32,000 nt of DNA from Promethearchaeum syntrophicum (GTDB taxonomy: Archaea > Asgardarchaeota > Lokiarchaeia > Sigyniarchaeales > Promethearchaeaceae), in the NCBI RefSeq assembly GCF_008000775.2, contig NZ_CP042905.2, positions 3,570,001-3,602,000 of the forward strand, given 5' to 3'. Positions 7,335-16,562 of the stretch are shown piece after piece (position 1 is the first letter of the stretch; each line of letters opens with the position of its first letter). The translations under genes were made by a program, and so were the position numbers. The notes beneath the pieces are model-generated. The model searched no databases, was not told the origin of the DNA, and saw only the letters and a program-made list of their open reading frames with translations.

Positions 7335-9728
7335 TTATGCCTTTTCTAACACTTTCACGATTCCTTGAGTTCCATCTACGAGCACTTTATCGCCTGTCTT
7401 TAATACCATTGTTGCATTATTGGTTCCAACGACTGCAGGAATTCCAAGTTCACGGGCAACAATCGCCGCATGAGATAAAGGTGCACCAATATCTGTGATT
7501 ATCGCTTTGGCACGAGGAAATAATAAAGTCCACCCAATATTTGTTGAGGTTGCTACCAGAATTTCTCCTTCCTGCAATTTATCTCCTTCCTCAGAATTTT
7601 TCAAAATTCTGACAATTCCTTCTGTTTTACCAGCGGATCCGGAAAACCCAGAAATAGTATTTTTATCAAACTCAATAATTTCTTTTGAATTTGAATCAAA
7701 ATAATCAAATCTTCTATTTGGATCTGAGTACCATTCTTCTGGATTAAACCTTCCTGAAATATAGACCGGATATGGGTGCATTTGCTTATACTTCTCATAA
7801 GTTTCTTTTCTAGCAGGAATATATTGAATGGATGTATTTTCTCCTGAGAGCACGTCCAAAAACTCATCAATAGTAAGGAAAAATACATCATTTCCTAAAC
7901 CTGTGATTTTTCCGACTTGCAGCATAAATTTACGAATTGTATAATCAAATCTTGATGATTCTGAACGGATAAATTCGCGTTGTCGGGCATAAATTGATGC
8001 TGTTTCTATCTTTTTTAGTAATTTTTTGGCTTTTTTTGGAAAATTTATCTTAAATCGTTCCACTACTTCTTCATTCTTCTCCTTTTGCCTCTGAATTAAT
8101 GATTCAATATCAATATTGGACTTTTTATATTCATCTATTTGTTTATTCACCCAATTTGGATCCTCTATCGGCCGAGGAAGAGAAAAATCTCCTTCATGAG
8201 AACTTCTATGACCATATCTATCTAAATATTCACTTTCACTTAATTCTCCTTTAATTAATCTATATATCCCAACCACTGGGCCTAAACTTTCTAAAAGTTC
8301 ATTTTCATTACTAAGATTTGAAATTAATATTGTAGCATCTTCTTCCCCCATAATTTTTGTAAGCTCAGCGCGTAATTTTGAAGTATAAAATGCACTCCTA
8401 GCAGCGGGACCTAACATTGTATATCTCATCTCGTACATCATAGGTTTAATATTATTATTCCAGAATGAAATTAGCTCTTGGTTACTAGTAATTTTTGGAA
8501 TTTGCTTGAGATATGATTTACTTATTATAGGAAATTTCTCTTTATTTTTCTCAAGATTTTTCGTGGCTTCTTTCTTTTTCTTTTGCAATGGTTTAGAATT
8601 TTTCATGATGAATTTCATTATGGCCATTTTAGGATAAGGTAATATTGGCATTGTTATACCTTCAGGTACCCTTCCAAGTATTTCAGCAATTTCTTCTACC
8701 GTTTCTTCAGGATTTTTGCCTAAGACATTGTATAAAGTTAACATGAAACTTACATTGAAATATATTCTACCACAGATATTTCCCATCGAATGGAATCCAG
8801 GAATAATTTCAGAAATTTCATTAAATGTTTTTTGAAAATATGACCATGTAAACGGAACAACCACATCTTCAGCAGCTTCTCCAGCATTGTTGGAAGTCCA
8901 AATAAAACTTCCTGTTAATGTATCATTCCATTCACCTGTTTCAGGAACATCAGGCCTTAGAGTGGTGATCGGGCGAGATTGAAGAACAAATAATTTTCCA
9001 TCAGCAATAGCCCACTCTATATCTTGTGGAAATCCAAGAAAAAGTTCTATTTTTACGGAATTTTTGAATAATTTTTTTGAGAATTTCTTAAACTCAGATG
9101 GTCCTTTATAGATCATTTTAGGTCTTTGCATTGTAAAAGTTTCTGGATTAACTTCCCCGGATACTAACTTTTCACCTAAACCATGAGTATAATTTCCAAC
9201 CATTAGAGAGCGATCACCAGTTACCGGATCTGAGGTAAATAAAATTCCGGAAATTTCTGATGACACCATTTTTTGGATTACTATTGCCATTTCTTGGTTT
9301 GGATTTATACCCTTTTCTTTACTATAGGCATTAACACGTTCACTTAATCGTGATTGATAAACTAAATGAATTGCCTTTTGAATATCATTATCTGTATCTA
9401 CATTTAAAACGGTCTCAAATTGCCCAGCAAATGATGCATTCGCGGAATCTTCACTTAAAGCTGAAGACCGTACAGCAAAAGCTATTGAAAGATCTCCTTT
9501 ACGTATATGTTGAAGTTCCAAATTAATCTGTTCCCAAGCTTCAGATTTTACATCATTACCATTAAAGGCATTTGGTAATATTACAAATCCATCAGGTACA
9601 TTAAATCCTGCTTGATAGAGTATAGCAAGAGCACTTCCTTTTCCTCCTGCATTTTTTTTTTCCTCTTCATCTAAATCGCGAAAATTACGCACGTAGATAT
9701 GGTTTGAAGCTGTCATGTTTTTATTCAC
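7335..9728 (-). CDS. PEP-utilising enzyme: phosphoenolpyruvate synthase / rifampicin-phosphotransferase-like
   Basis: ATP-grasp N-terminus (GGKGSALAILYQAGFNVPDGFVI, FAVRSSALSEDSANASFAGQFETVLNV, QDIEWAIADGKLFVLQSRPI). C-terminal swivelling His domain (GAPLSHAAIVARELGIPAVVGTNNAT...GDKVLVDGTQGIV). The middle section (EWNDTLTGSFIWTSNNAGEAAEDVVVPFTWS) is Rph-like. Confidence 0.88.
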   Translation of the reverse strand: MNKNMTASNHIYVRNFRDLDEEEKKNAGGKGSALAILYQAGFNVPDGFVILPNAFNGNDVKSEAWEQINLELQHIRKGDLSIAFAVRSSALSEDSANASFAGQFETVLNVDTDNDIQKAIHLVYQSRLSERVNAYSKEKGINPNQEMAIVIQKMVSSEISGILFTSDPVTGDRSLMVGNYTHGLGEKLVSGEVNPETFTMQRPKMIYKGPSEFKKFSKKLFKNSVKIELFLGFPQDIEWAIADGKLFVLQSRPITTLRPDVPETGEWNDTLTGSFIWTSNNAGEAAEDVVVPFTWSYFQKTFNEISEIIPGFHSMGNICGRIYFNVSFMLTLYNVLGKNPEETVEEIAEILGRVPEGITMPILPYPKMAIMKFIMKNSKPLQKKKKEATKNLEKNKEKFPIISKSYLKQIPKITSNQELISFWNNNIKPMMYEMRYTMLGPAARSAFYTSKLRAELTKIMGEEDATILISNLSNENELLESLGPVVGIYRLIKGELSESEYLDRYGHRSSHEGDFSLPRPIEDPNWVNKQIDEYKKSNIDIESLIQRQKEKNEEVVERFKINFPKKAKKLLKKIETASIYARQREFIRSESSRFDYTIRKFMLQVGKITGLGNDVFFLTIDEFLDVLSGENTSIQYIPARKETYEKYKQMHPYPVYISGRFNPEEWYSDPNRRFDYFDSNSKEIIEFDKNTISGFSGSAGKTEGIVRILKNSEEGDKLQEGEILVATSTNIGWTLLFPRAKAIITDIGAPLSHAAIVARELGIPAVVGTNNATMVLKTGDKVLVDGTQGIVKVLEKA

Positions 9729-9838
9729 TTTTTTTTAATATATGAAGTCTAATTTATATTAGTAATTGTTAATATTTAAAACTTCACAAAATTCTGAAAT
9801 TTGAAAAGTATTTAAATATTATTATTTCTTATAATTAT

Positions 9839-10936
9839 ATGACACAGATGAAAAATATTGATTTTCAATCATGGATTCCATTTCACTCAAAATTAACTAA
9901 ATATTTTGATCAGATCCTTGAATTTAACATACATATTGGAGAGGCAAGAGGAACATCAAAGAAATTTTCGATAATTATGACATATATTATGATTTGTGGA
10001 AAAATTACACAAAATCAATTGAAACTATTAACTAATTATTCTCTGTCGAACATATCTAGTGCCTTAAATATTCTCCTTGGAGCACGTTTAATAAAAAAAA
10101 ACCGTATTTCCGGAACTCACAAATATTACTACTATATAGCTAATAATATAGTAGATACTAATCGAAAAACAATCAGAATTTTACTTAAAAATCTTTCAGA
10201 TAATGTTAATTTTCTTTCGGATATAAAGAAAGAATTGATAGATCTTCGACAATTGAAACTTTCAGGTACATATCTTATTTCCAAACAAGTAGATTTTATG
10301 ATACATGATTTTGAATCTTATAAATCGCTAATTCTAAAATTAGAAAAGAGTTTTGATAATCATCAAACTTATATAAAAAATCGACAATTCTCTCAATTGA
10401 ACTCTGAAACCTATGATTCATATGAGGTTATAAAGTTTGATCCCAAAATTATTGAAATTGAAAATAGAATAATTAATTTTTTACAAGATACTCTATTACC
10501 ACCAAGGAAGGGTCCTTCCAGGTCAATAATTTTACCATTATTTTTTACTCGAGGAATGCTTACTCAAAACCAGCTAAAAAATATTAGTGGTCTTTCAATA
10601 GGCGCGATTTCTGAAGGATTAAAGGAATTGGAAAAGAAAAATTTAATCAGAATCTCAGTGCTGAGAAGGAATGAAAAAGGAAAAAAAATTCCTCGGATTT
10701 ATCTCTTCCGCTCATTTTCATTAGCTGCTACAGATCATATTTATAATTTATTTAATAGAATCATTGAATGGAAACCTAGATTTCAAAGAATGCAAACATC
10801 TCTCATTGAAGAAGAGGATACACTAGAGAGTTTGAAAGGATATTCCGAAATCAATTTTTTTATTAATATGATACTGGGAATTTTACCGAAATATGAAATT
10901 TTTAATAAGATTATTCAAAATCTAAGAGATTCTTAG
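9839..10936 (+). CDS. transcriptional regulator with two winged-helix (MarR/GbsR-like) domains
   Basis: Two internally similar HTH segments: ICGKITQNQLKLLTNYSLSNISSALNILLGARLIKK and FTRGMLTQNQLKNISGLSIGAISEGLKELEKKNLIRI. Confidence 0.75.
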   Translation: MTQMKNIDFQSWIPFHSKLTKYFDQILEFNIHIGEARGTSKKFSIIMTYIMICGKITQNQLKLLTNYSLSNISSALNILLGARLIKKNRISGTHKYYYYIANNIVDTNRKTIRILLKNLSDNVNFLSDIKKELIDLRQLKLSGTYLISKQVDFMIHDFESYKSLILKLEKSFDNHQTYIKNRQFSQLNSETYDSYEVIKFDPKIIEIENRIINFLQDTLLPPRKGPSRSIILPLFFTRGMLTQNQLKNISGLSIGAISEGLKELEKKNLIRISVLRRNEKGKKIPRIYLFRSFSLAATDHIYNLFNRIIEWKPRFQRMQTSLIEEEDTLESLKGYSEINFFINMILGILPKYEIFNKIIQNLRDS

Positions 10937-11095
10937 TAATAATAATAAATCCCATTTATTCTATCGATTCAGATTATTTCTTATAAATTGAAAAGTTAGA
11001 TTTAAAAAAGGAGGAATTAATGCAATTCTTATATTTTATATCCAGTAAATTTCTATTTATAAAATTCATTATTAGATTAGTCTAATATTAATTTT

Positions 11096-11130
11096 CAATA
11101 ATAATAATAATAATAATAATAACAATAATA
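11096..11130. repeat. simple sequence repeat (ATA/AAT)n upstream of the FTR1-like gene
   Basis: aataataataataataataataataacaataataa read directly. Confidence 0.8.
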
Positions 11131-11150
11131 AAACACCGAGCAGATATGAA

Positions 11151-12023
11151 ATGATTGTAAGTTTAATAATAACGCTTCGCGAAACACTAGAAATGGCCTT
11201 GATAATTGGAATAATCTTTAGGTACCTTCGAAAATCAAACCAATTGGAATATAAGAAATATGTTTATTGGGGAATTATTGTAGGGCTGATAATGAGTATA
11301 TCGGGAGCTATACTCATCAATTCCTTATCAATATTATTTGAGGGTAGAACAGAACAAATTTTTGAAGGGATAATAATGTTAATTGGCGCTTTTCTTCTAT
11401 CAACGATGATTTTATGGATGCTAAATCAGAAGAATATTGCACACGAATTGGAAGAAAAATTACATATGCAAGTAAAAAATACGCATAAATTTGGTGTATT
11501 TTCAGTTGTTTTTGTTTCAATATTACGCGAGGGAATTGAAACAGTATTATTCTTGGGAGCTGCTAGGTTTTCAGAGGAGAATAATTCGTTGTTAGGGGCG
11601 ATTTTAGGAATAATTATAGCTATTATTTTGGGAATTATTATTTATCAAGGAACTTCAAAAATCAACTTGAAGCTCTTCTTCACGATTACAAGTTATTTTC
11701 TAATAATAATTGCAGCAGGATTATTAGCTCATGGTATCCATGAATTTCAAGAAGCGGGTATTATTCCAATTTTCATTGAACATATATATGATATCAATTT
11801 TATTTTAGACGAAAATGGTACTATTGGTTTATTTTTAAAGGGTCTATTTGGATACAATGGAAATCCTTCCTTAATAGAGACTATTGTTTATGTAATTTAT
11901 ATGGTTGTCATTTTTTCTATTTGGAGATATTTGAAAATGCAAAAAATGCAACAAAATAAAGAAAAAAGTTCAAAAATTCACCCAAATGAGATTTCATTGC
12001 CCTCAGATCAAATATCGTCTTAA
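11151..12023 (+). CDS. FTR1-family iron/metal permease-like membrane protein
   Basis: Two REGxE-type motifs: LRETLEMALIIGII (variant) and LREGIETVLFLG. Seven-TM-like hydrophobic profile and AAGLLAHGIHEFQEAG. Confidence 0.88.
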   Translation: MIVSLIITLRETLEMALIIGIIFRYLRKSNQLEYKKYVYWGIIVGLIMSISGAILINSLSILFEGRTEQIFEGIIMLIGAFLLSTMILWMLNQKNIAHELEEKLHMQVKNTHKFGVFSVVFVSILREGIETVLFLGAARFSEENNSLLGAILGIIIAIILGIIIYQGTSKINLKLFFTITSYFLIIIAAGLLAHGIHEFQEAGIIPIFIEHIYDINFILDENGTIGLFLKGLFGYNGNPSLIETIVYVIYMVVIFSIWRYLKMQKMQQNKEKSSKIHPNEISLPSDQISS

Positions 12024-12419
12024 ATTTCGATATTTTTAATTTTTTTTATTGTTTACCTACTTTAAAAATTCGTATTACTAGTGCGTAAGATTACCCACAC
12101 ACCAGCGATAGAGAGTTACACGCATACACAACTTTTCTAAAATCACATCTTCGAATCCTTATTCATCCATCATGAGCTCTTCGAAATATTCAAAAACAAA
12201 ATCTCCATATACCCTAAAAAGGAATTTAACAGTCTGAAAGTAATGATCACTTAACCTAATTTCTTACAGTAATATAATAAATTTTTTTAAGTTTTTATTA
12301 AAATTTATCCTAAATTGACTTCACATCTATTGGGAAATAGAACTCTTAAACCTAATTGAGACACAAAAAAAATAAAGAGAATAATTTTTAAATTCCTTCA
12401 AGAACAACAAAAATTAAGT

Positions 12420-13070
12420 ATGACTGAGATCATCAAAACAAATAATCGTATTTTTGGTATTACTTCAGCATGGATTTCATTCGTATTATTGATGTTTTAT
12501 ATTCCTGTCACAATTCTCGGCACAATTTCACTCAAAGCACCCACGGATCCTATTTCTGATCCATATTTTACAATCATGGAGATAATTATTCTACTTATTG
12601 TTCCCTTTTTGTTAATATGCATGGTAAATTTACATATGTATTCAAAACTAGAAGATAAAGTTTATAGTCTAGCAGCACTTGTGTTTATGATTCTCCTTGC
12701 TTTAATTACATCCTCTGTTCATTTTATTATTCTAACGGTCAGTCGACAAATAGAAGATATGGGATTTTCTTGGGCTCCTTTATTTTTTTCTTTCAAGTGG
12801 CCATCTATTGTCTATGCACTAGATATTCTAGCATGGGATTTATTCTTTGGACTTTCGATGCTCTTTGCAGCTCAAGTATTCAAAGGAGACAGATTGGAAC
12901 ATTCATTACGAACAGTCATGATAATAAGTGGAATTATTTCCCTCTTAGGACTAATAGGCGTACCTCTTGGAAATATGACAATTCGCAGTATTGGTATTAT
13001 AGGTTATACATTAGTTGCCGCCATAGCATTTTTTATGATGGGAATAGTTTTTAAAAGACAAAGCATCTAG
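12420..13070 (+). CDS. multi-pass membrane protein of unknown function
   Basis: 216-aa ORF with about six hydrophobic segments. No recognised family motif. Confidence 0.7.
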   Translation: MTEIIKTNNRIFGITSAWISFVLLMFYIPVTILGTISLKAPTDPISDPYFTIMEIIILLIVPFLLICMVNLHMYSKLEDKVYSLAALVFMILLALITSSVHFIILTVSRQIEDMGFSWAPLFFSFKWPSIVYALDILAWDLFFGLSMLFAAQVFKGDRLEHSLRTVMIISGIISLLGLIGVPLGNMTIRSIGIIGYTLVAAIAFFMMGIVFKRQSI

Positions 13071-13110
13071 ATTAAAGGTTTTAATTGTAAAAAATAAATT
13101 ATAATTAATA

Positions 13111-13914
13111 TTATATTCCAAACCCACTTTCAATCAATTCAACCAATCGAGAAACAAATCGAGTAGCAGGAGCTCCATCAACTACATCATGGTTAAATAG
13201 AATAGTTATCGATAAAAATTCACGAATTTCAATATTATTGTTGATGACTCCTGCTTTTTTGGTAATTCCCCCTATCGCAAAAGCTAGAGGATGAGCTGTG
13301 GTGGGAATTGGCCAACCATTCACTTTTCCGAACATGCCAATAGAAGTCACTATTATCGTTCCCATAAGTTGTTTTACTTTAAATGGATCTTTTATAATAT
13401 TTCTAATCATAAATTTCCTGATAAATTTCGGCATCGAAGTATAGATTTTCATTTTCCTATCTAATTTGCTCTCTCCTAAAACTGTTGCTCCGTTTAAATC
13501 TTCGTTTTGGGCACCTCGTATCTCTTCATGGATCTGAAGGAGGTTTTTTTCATTAGTTTTTCTTACTACCAATGGCATAGGAACTTTAATTCCTTTTATA
13601 GATTTTTCGACCGTTATTGAAATATCCACATCATCAAAAATGATGATCTTTTTCTTACCCAACATCATTGAATGAACCGCATTATATTCATTTGCTGCAT
13701 TTGCGATACATTTTAGAAGCCATGCTGTAAAAGAAAGTTTTACTCCATTATTTTGTTCATAAGTAATAATATTTTGACGACCTTTTGTAACATCAACGTC
13801 AATGAGACTCTTCACATAATGGTTTTTATCCCCTAATTCCAAAAAATCGAGTGTGGGAATTCTTGCTTTTGGAAATTTAGTAATTTTATATTTTCCAATT
13901 TTTTCTGGACTCAT
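13111..13914 (-). CDS. stand-alone 2-oxoacid dehydrogenase acyltransferase (E2) catalytic domain protein
   Basis: SFTAWLLKCIANAANEYNAVHSMM, VDISITVEKSIKGIKVPMPLVVRKTNEKNLLQIHEEI and the terminal catalytic motif HDVVDGAPATRF. No lipoyl or E3-binding domain. Confidence 0.88.
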   Translation of the reverse strand: MSPEKIGKYKITKFPKARIPTLDFLELGDKNHYVKSLIDVDVTKGRQNIITYEQNNGVKLSFTAWLLKCIANAANEYNAVHSMMLGKKKIIIFDDVDISITVEKSIKGIKVPMPLVVRKTNEKNLLQIHEEIRGAQNEDLNGATVLGESKLDRKMKIYTSMPKFIRKFMIRNIIKDPFKVKQLMGTIIVTSIGMFGKVNGWPIPTTAHPLAFAIGGITKKAGVINNNIEIREFLSITILFNHDVVDGAPATRFVSRLVELIESGFGI

Positions 13915-14154
13915 AATTAATTTAAATTCTTTTTATATTAAAACTCGTTTCTGGATAATTCTCCCGTTTAACTTATATATCAATATAAACGGTCACCATT
14001 TGAGTTAAATTATCTATTCTCGATAATAATGAAACCAATATCAAACCTTTATTTTAATGGAATATCTAAAGAAAGTTTTTATTAAGATACTATAGGGTTT
14101 TGATAGATTCAACACTATCCTTTTCTTAATTTTGGAGCTATAGAAAAAAGTAGT

Positions 14155-15138
14155 TTACTCATAATTAATTGATTTTAAAAATTCAATTCTTCTTGATTTT
14201 ATTTTTTCCATATCTTCTCCAATCCACATGAAATGACCTCCATGGGTGGTCAATAATTCAAAATTTTTGAGATTGGTTTCGAGATATTCAGCATTTAACC
14301 ATTTAACATCATTATCTTCTCTACTGTAGACTAATAAAGATTTCACATTAATATTATCAACCGGAATCTTCTCGATCGATGTTAAGAGTTCTATATCATG
14401 ATTAAGCCCAAGTTTTCTTATACTCATGGGAAAAGATGTATCCAAAAGTTTCCTTACCCAGGATCTTCTTTTCTTATCATTTGAAACCAAATTAGTAAAT
14501 TTTTTTATTTCTTTTTTATTAAGTAAAGTTTCCAGAGTAATAATGCTCTTGAATGTCATTTTGAAAGCCATTTTAACAATTATTACGGTAATCCAGCTTA
14601 AAAAATCTTGTATTTTGTCACTCGTAAATAATTTCATCCAAAATGAGTCTGGTGCCTCACTTGAAATTTCATATATTGTACTGACGCCAGCTTCCATCAC
14701 CAGTGCATGAGTCCGATTTGGGTATTTATTTGCAAAGTTAAGTGCAAGAGGTCCACCGGCTGAGTATCCCATGGCAACTACCTTCTCAATTGCTAACTTG
14801 TCTAATAATTCCACATATTGATCAACTTGTTTTTCATAAGATAAAGGAACAAAAGGTGTTCTAAGATATCCGGGTCTTGAAACAACGAGTAACGAATAAC
14901 CTTCTTCCACTAAATCATTAAGGAAAAATCCTTGGTCTATTCCTCCAGGTCCCCCATGCATAAAAAATAACACTGGTCCCTCTCCAGTCAGTTTGTAATG
15001 AATTTTCCCCATTGCTGTCTCCATTACCACTCCATCATCCATTGCTCGACTTGCGGATTTTTTCCATTTCAAATAAACTATTCTTATGAGAATAATGGTA
15101 ATTATTATTACAATTAATACAATTAACAATGGTTCCAT
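14155..15138 (-). CDS. alpha/beta hydrolase with N-terminal membrane anchor
   Basis: N-terminal TM (LLIVLIVIIITIILIRIVYL), oxyanion segment FFMHGGPGG, nucleophile elbow GYSAGG, and terminal His context LTTHGGHFMW. Confidence 0.88.
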   Translation of the reverse strand: MEPLLIVLIVIIITIILIRIVYLKWKKSASRAMDDGVVMETAMGKIHYKLTGEGPVLFFMHGGPGGIDQGFFLNDLVEEGYSLLVVSRPGYLRTPFVPLSYEKQVDQYVELLDKLAIEKVVAMGYSAGGPLALNFANKYPNRTHALVMEAGVSTIYEISSEAPDSFWMKLFTSDKIQDFLSWITVIIVKMAFKMTFKSIITLETLLNKKEIKKFTNLVSNDKKRRSWVRKLLDTSFPMSIRKLGLNHDIELLTSIEKIPVDNINVKSLLVYSREDNDVKWLNAEYLETNLKNFELLTTHGGHFMWIGEDMEKIKSRRIEFLKSINYE

Positions 15139-15302
15139 AACTATGTCTTCGATTTACAATTATTAAATCTTCTTTTTTTAGAAAATTAGAAAATAAAGAA
15201 GGATAGGAAATTTTTGAAATAGTGAAAAGATTAATACACTAACAGATAACCTCTAAATATTTCGCATAAATTATTTTATAAAGTTAAAAAGTGGTTTAAA
15301 AA

Positions 15303-16562
15303 TTGGAAATCGTTCAAAAATATAATCTTCCGAAGCAATTATTCCTTCAATTTCCTTGGCTAAATGAGAGTAGTCAAATACTTTTTGAGGAACTAGATAT
15401 TGCGGAAGAAAAAATTGGTTCACTTTCTTTAATTGAAATGGTTCAATTTCTCTTTAAGGAATATCCTACACTTTTAGAACGAATCAAACAATTTTTTAGT
15501 AATATTATTCAATCTAAAGAAGAATTTTCTACTCCAACTGGTGATGGCATTCATTTGGCGATGTATCCAATCCTACAAATAATTGTTTCCATCTCAGGAA
15601 ATAGGGTTTTGGGTAATGCTTTAACTAATTTATTTGCAAAACATTCTCAAGAGGAGTTAAGTGATTATAATAAAAAAAAAATTTACACAAATAATATATT
15701 GCAACATATTTTCTCGAATTTAGGTATTTCCTGCATGGTTGAGGAGAATATTTACAAGAATGGGATTAAATATCCTTTCCAAATGGATTTTCCTTCTTAT
15801 TTAAGTGTATCAACCAAAATTAGGAATGATTCTTGGAAATTAATTAATCGCTATTTCGAAGATGGAAAAATCTATCTTATTCGTCATGATGTAATTTTAT
15901 TACTTCGAGAATTTGTTCGGCAAAAAACTCAACCGGATTATAAACAGATAAACAAAGAATTATCAAGTCAAATGGAAAAGATACCTGAAATAACGGAAAT
16001 TTTGAATGAGATATCAACTTTAATGGCAACTCATAAGAAAAGGTTTGAATCATCTATTTTTTCTGAGGGTGAAACCATTGGTTCTGAATTATACCCTCCG
16101 TGTATTAAAGCTATATTGTATAGCGTAATGCATGGAGAAAATCTTTCGCACAACGAGCGTCTGGCGATTGCGTTTTTTTATTTAAATACTAATCATTCTA
16201 TTGAAGAAACAGTTGATATTTTTCGTACTTCCCCAGATTTTGATGAAGACATTGCACGATATCAAACTGAATTCGCTGCGGGTTCTGGAGGTAAAGGAAA
16301 AAAATATAGTATGTATAAATGTGCAAAACTCAAGTCACTTCATCTATGTAGAGCCACGGATCCAAATTTTGGTGATAAACTATGTAGAGATGGAGCAAAA
16401 AAACGTAGTGGAGAAATTGTTCCTATCCAAAATCCTGCAAAAGATTTCATTTTTTGGAAAAAGGTTGCATTAAATCGACTTCACAGATCTCAAATTATTG
16501 ACCAATTAGAATCTTCAGATGAAGCTGAAATAAATAGGAAGAAGGAGGAAGATTCAAAATAA
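15303..16562 (+). CDS. priL: DNA primase large subunit (TTG start)
   Basis: HLAMYPILQIIVSISGNRVLGNALTNLFAKHSQEEL; LYPPCIKAIL...GENLSHNERLAIAFFYLN...VDIFRTSPDFDEDIARYQTEFAAGSGGKGKKYSMYKCAKLKSLHLC...KLC. Matches PriL and its Fe-S cysteines. Confidence 0.93.
   Translation: MEIVQKYNLPKQLFLQFPWLNESSQILFEELDIAEEKIGSLSLIEMVQFLFKEYPTLLERIKQFFSNIIQSKEEFSTPTGDGIHLAMYPILQIIVSISGNRVLGNALTNLFAKHSQEELSDYNKKKIYTNNILQHIFSNLGISCMVEENIYKNGIKYPFQMDFPSYLSVSTKIRNDSWKLINRYFEDGKIYLIRHDVILLLREFVRQKTQPDYKQINKELSSQMEKIPEITEILNEISTLMATHKKRFESSIFSEGETIGSELYPPCIKAILYSVMHGENLSHNERLAIAFFYLNTNHSIEETVDIFRTSPDFDEDIARYQTEFAAGSGGKGKKYSMYKCAKLKSLHLCRATDPNFGDKLCRDGAKKRSGEIVPIQNPAKDFIFWKKVALNRLHRSQIIDQLESSDEAEINRKKEEDSK

Noticed and set aside
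7495-7891. ORFs 7495..7704 (+) and 7601..7891 (-)
   Set aside because: Both overlap the Rph-like enzyme gene in other frames or strand, with no independent protein-like features.
11096-11130. (AAT)n tract upstream of the FTR1-like gene as a phase-variation switch
   Set aside because: Possible, but in an AT-rich genome such tracts are expected and there is nothing further to support regulation. Listed only as a repeat.
12024-12419. ~400-nt intergenic region, searched by eye for a tRNA (contains ttcgaatcc)
   Set aside because: No cloverleaf arms could be assembled around the T-loop-like string. A tRNAscan/Infernal run would be decisive.
11317-13054. ORFs 11317..11520 (-) and 12770..13054 (+)
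   Set aside because: Alternative-frame ORFs inside membrane protein genes.
16201-16473. Cys-containing +frame ORF inside priL considered as a small metal-binding protein
   Set aside because: Its cysteines arise from the out-of-frame reading of the conserved PriL Fe-S region.
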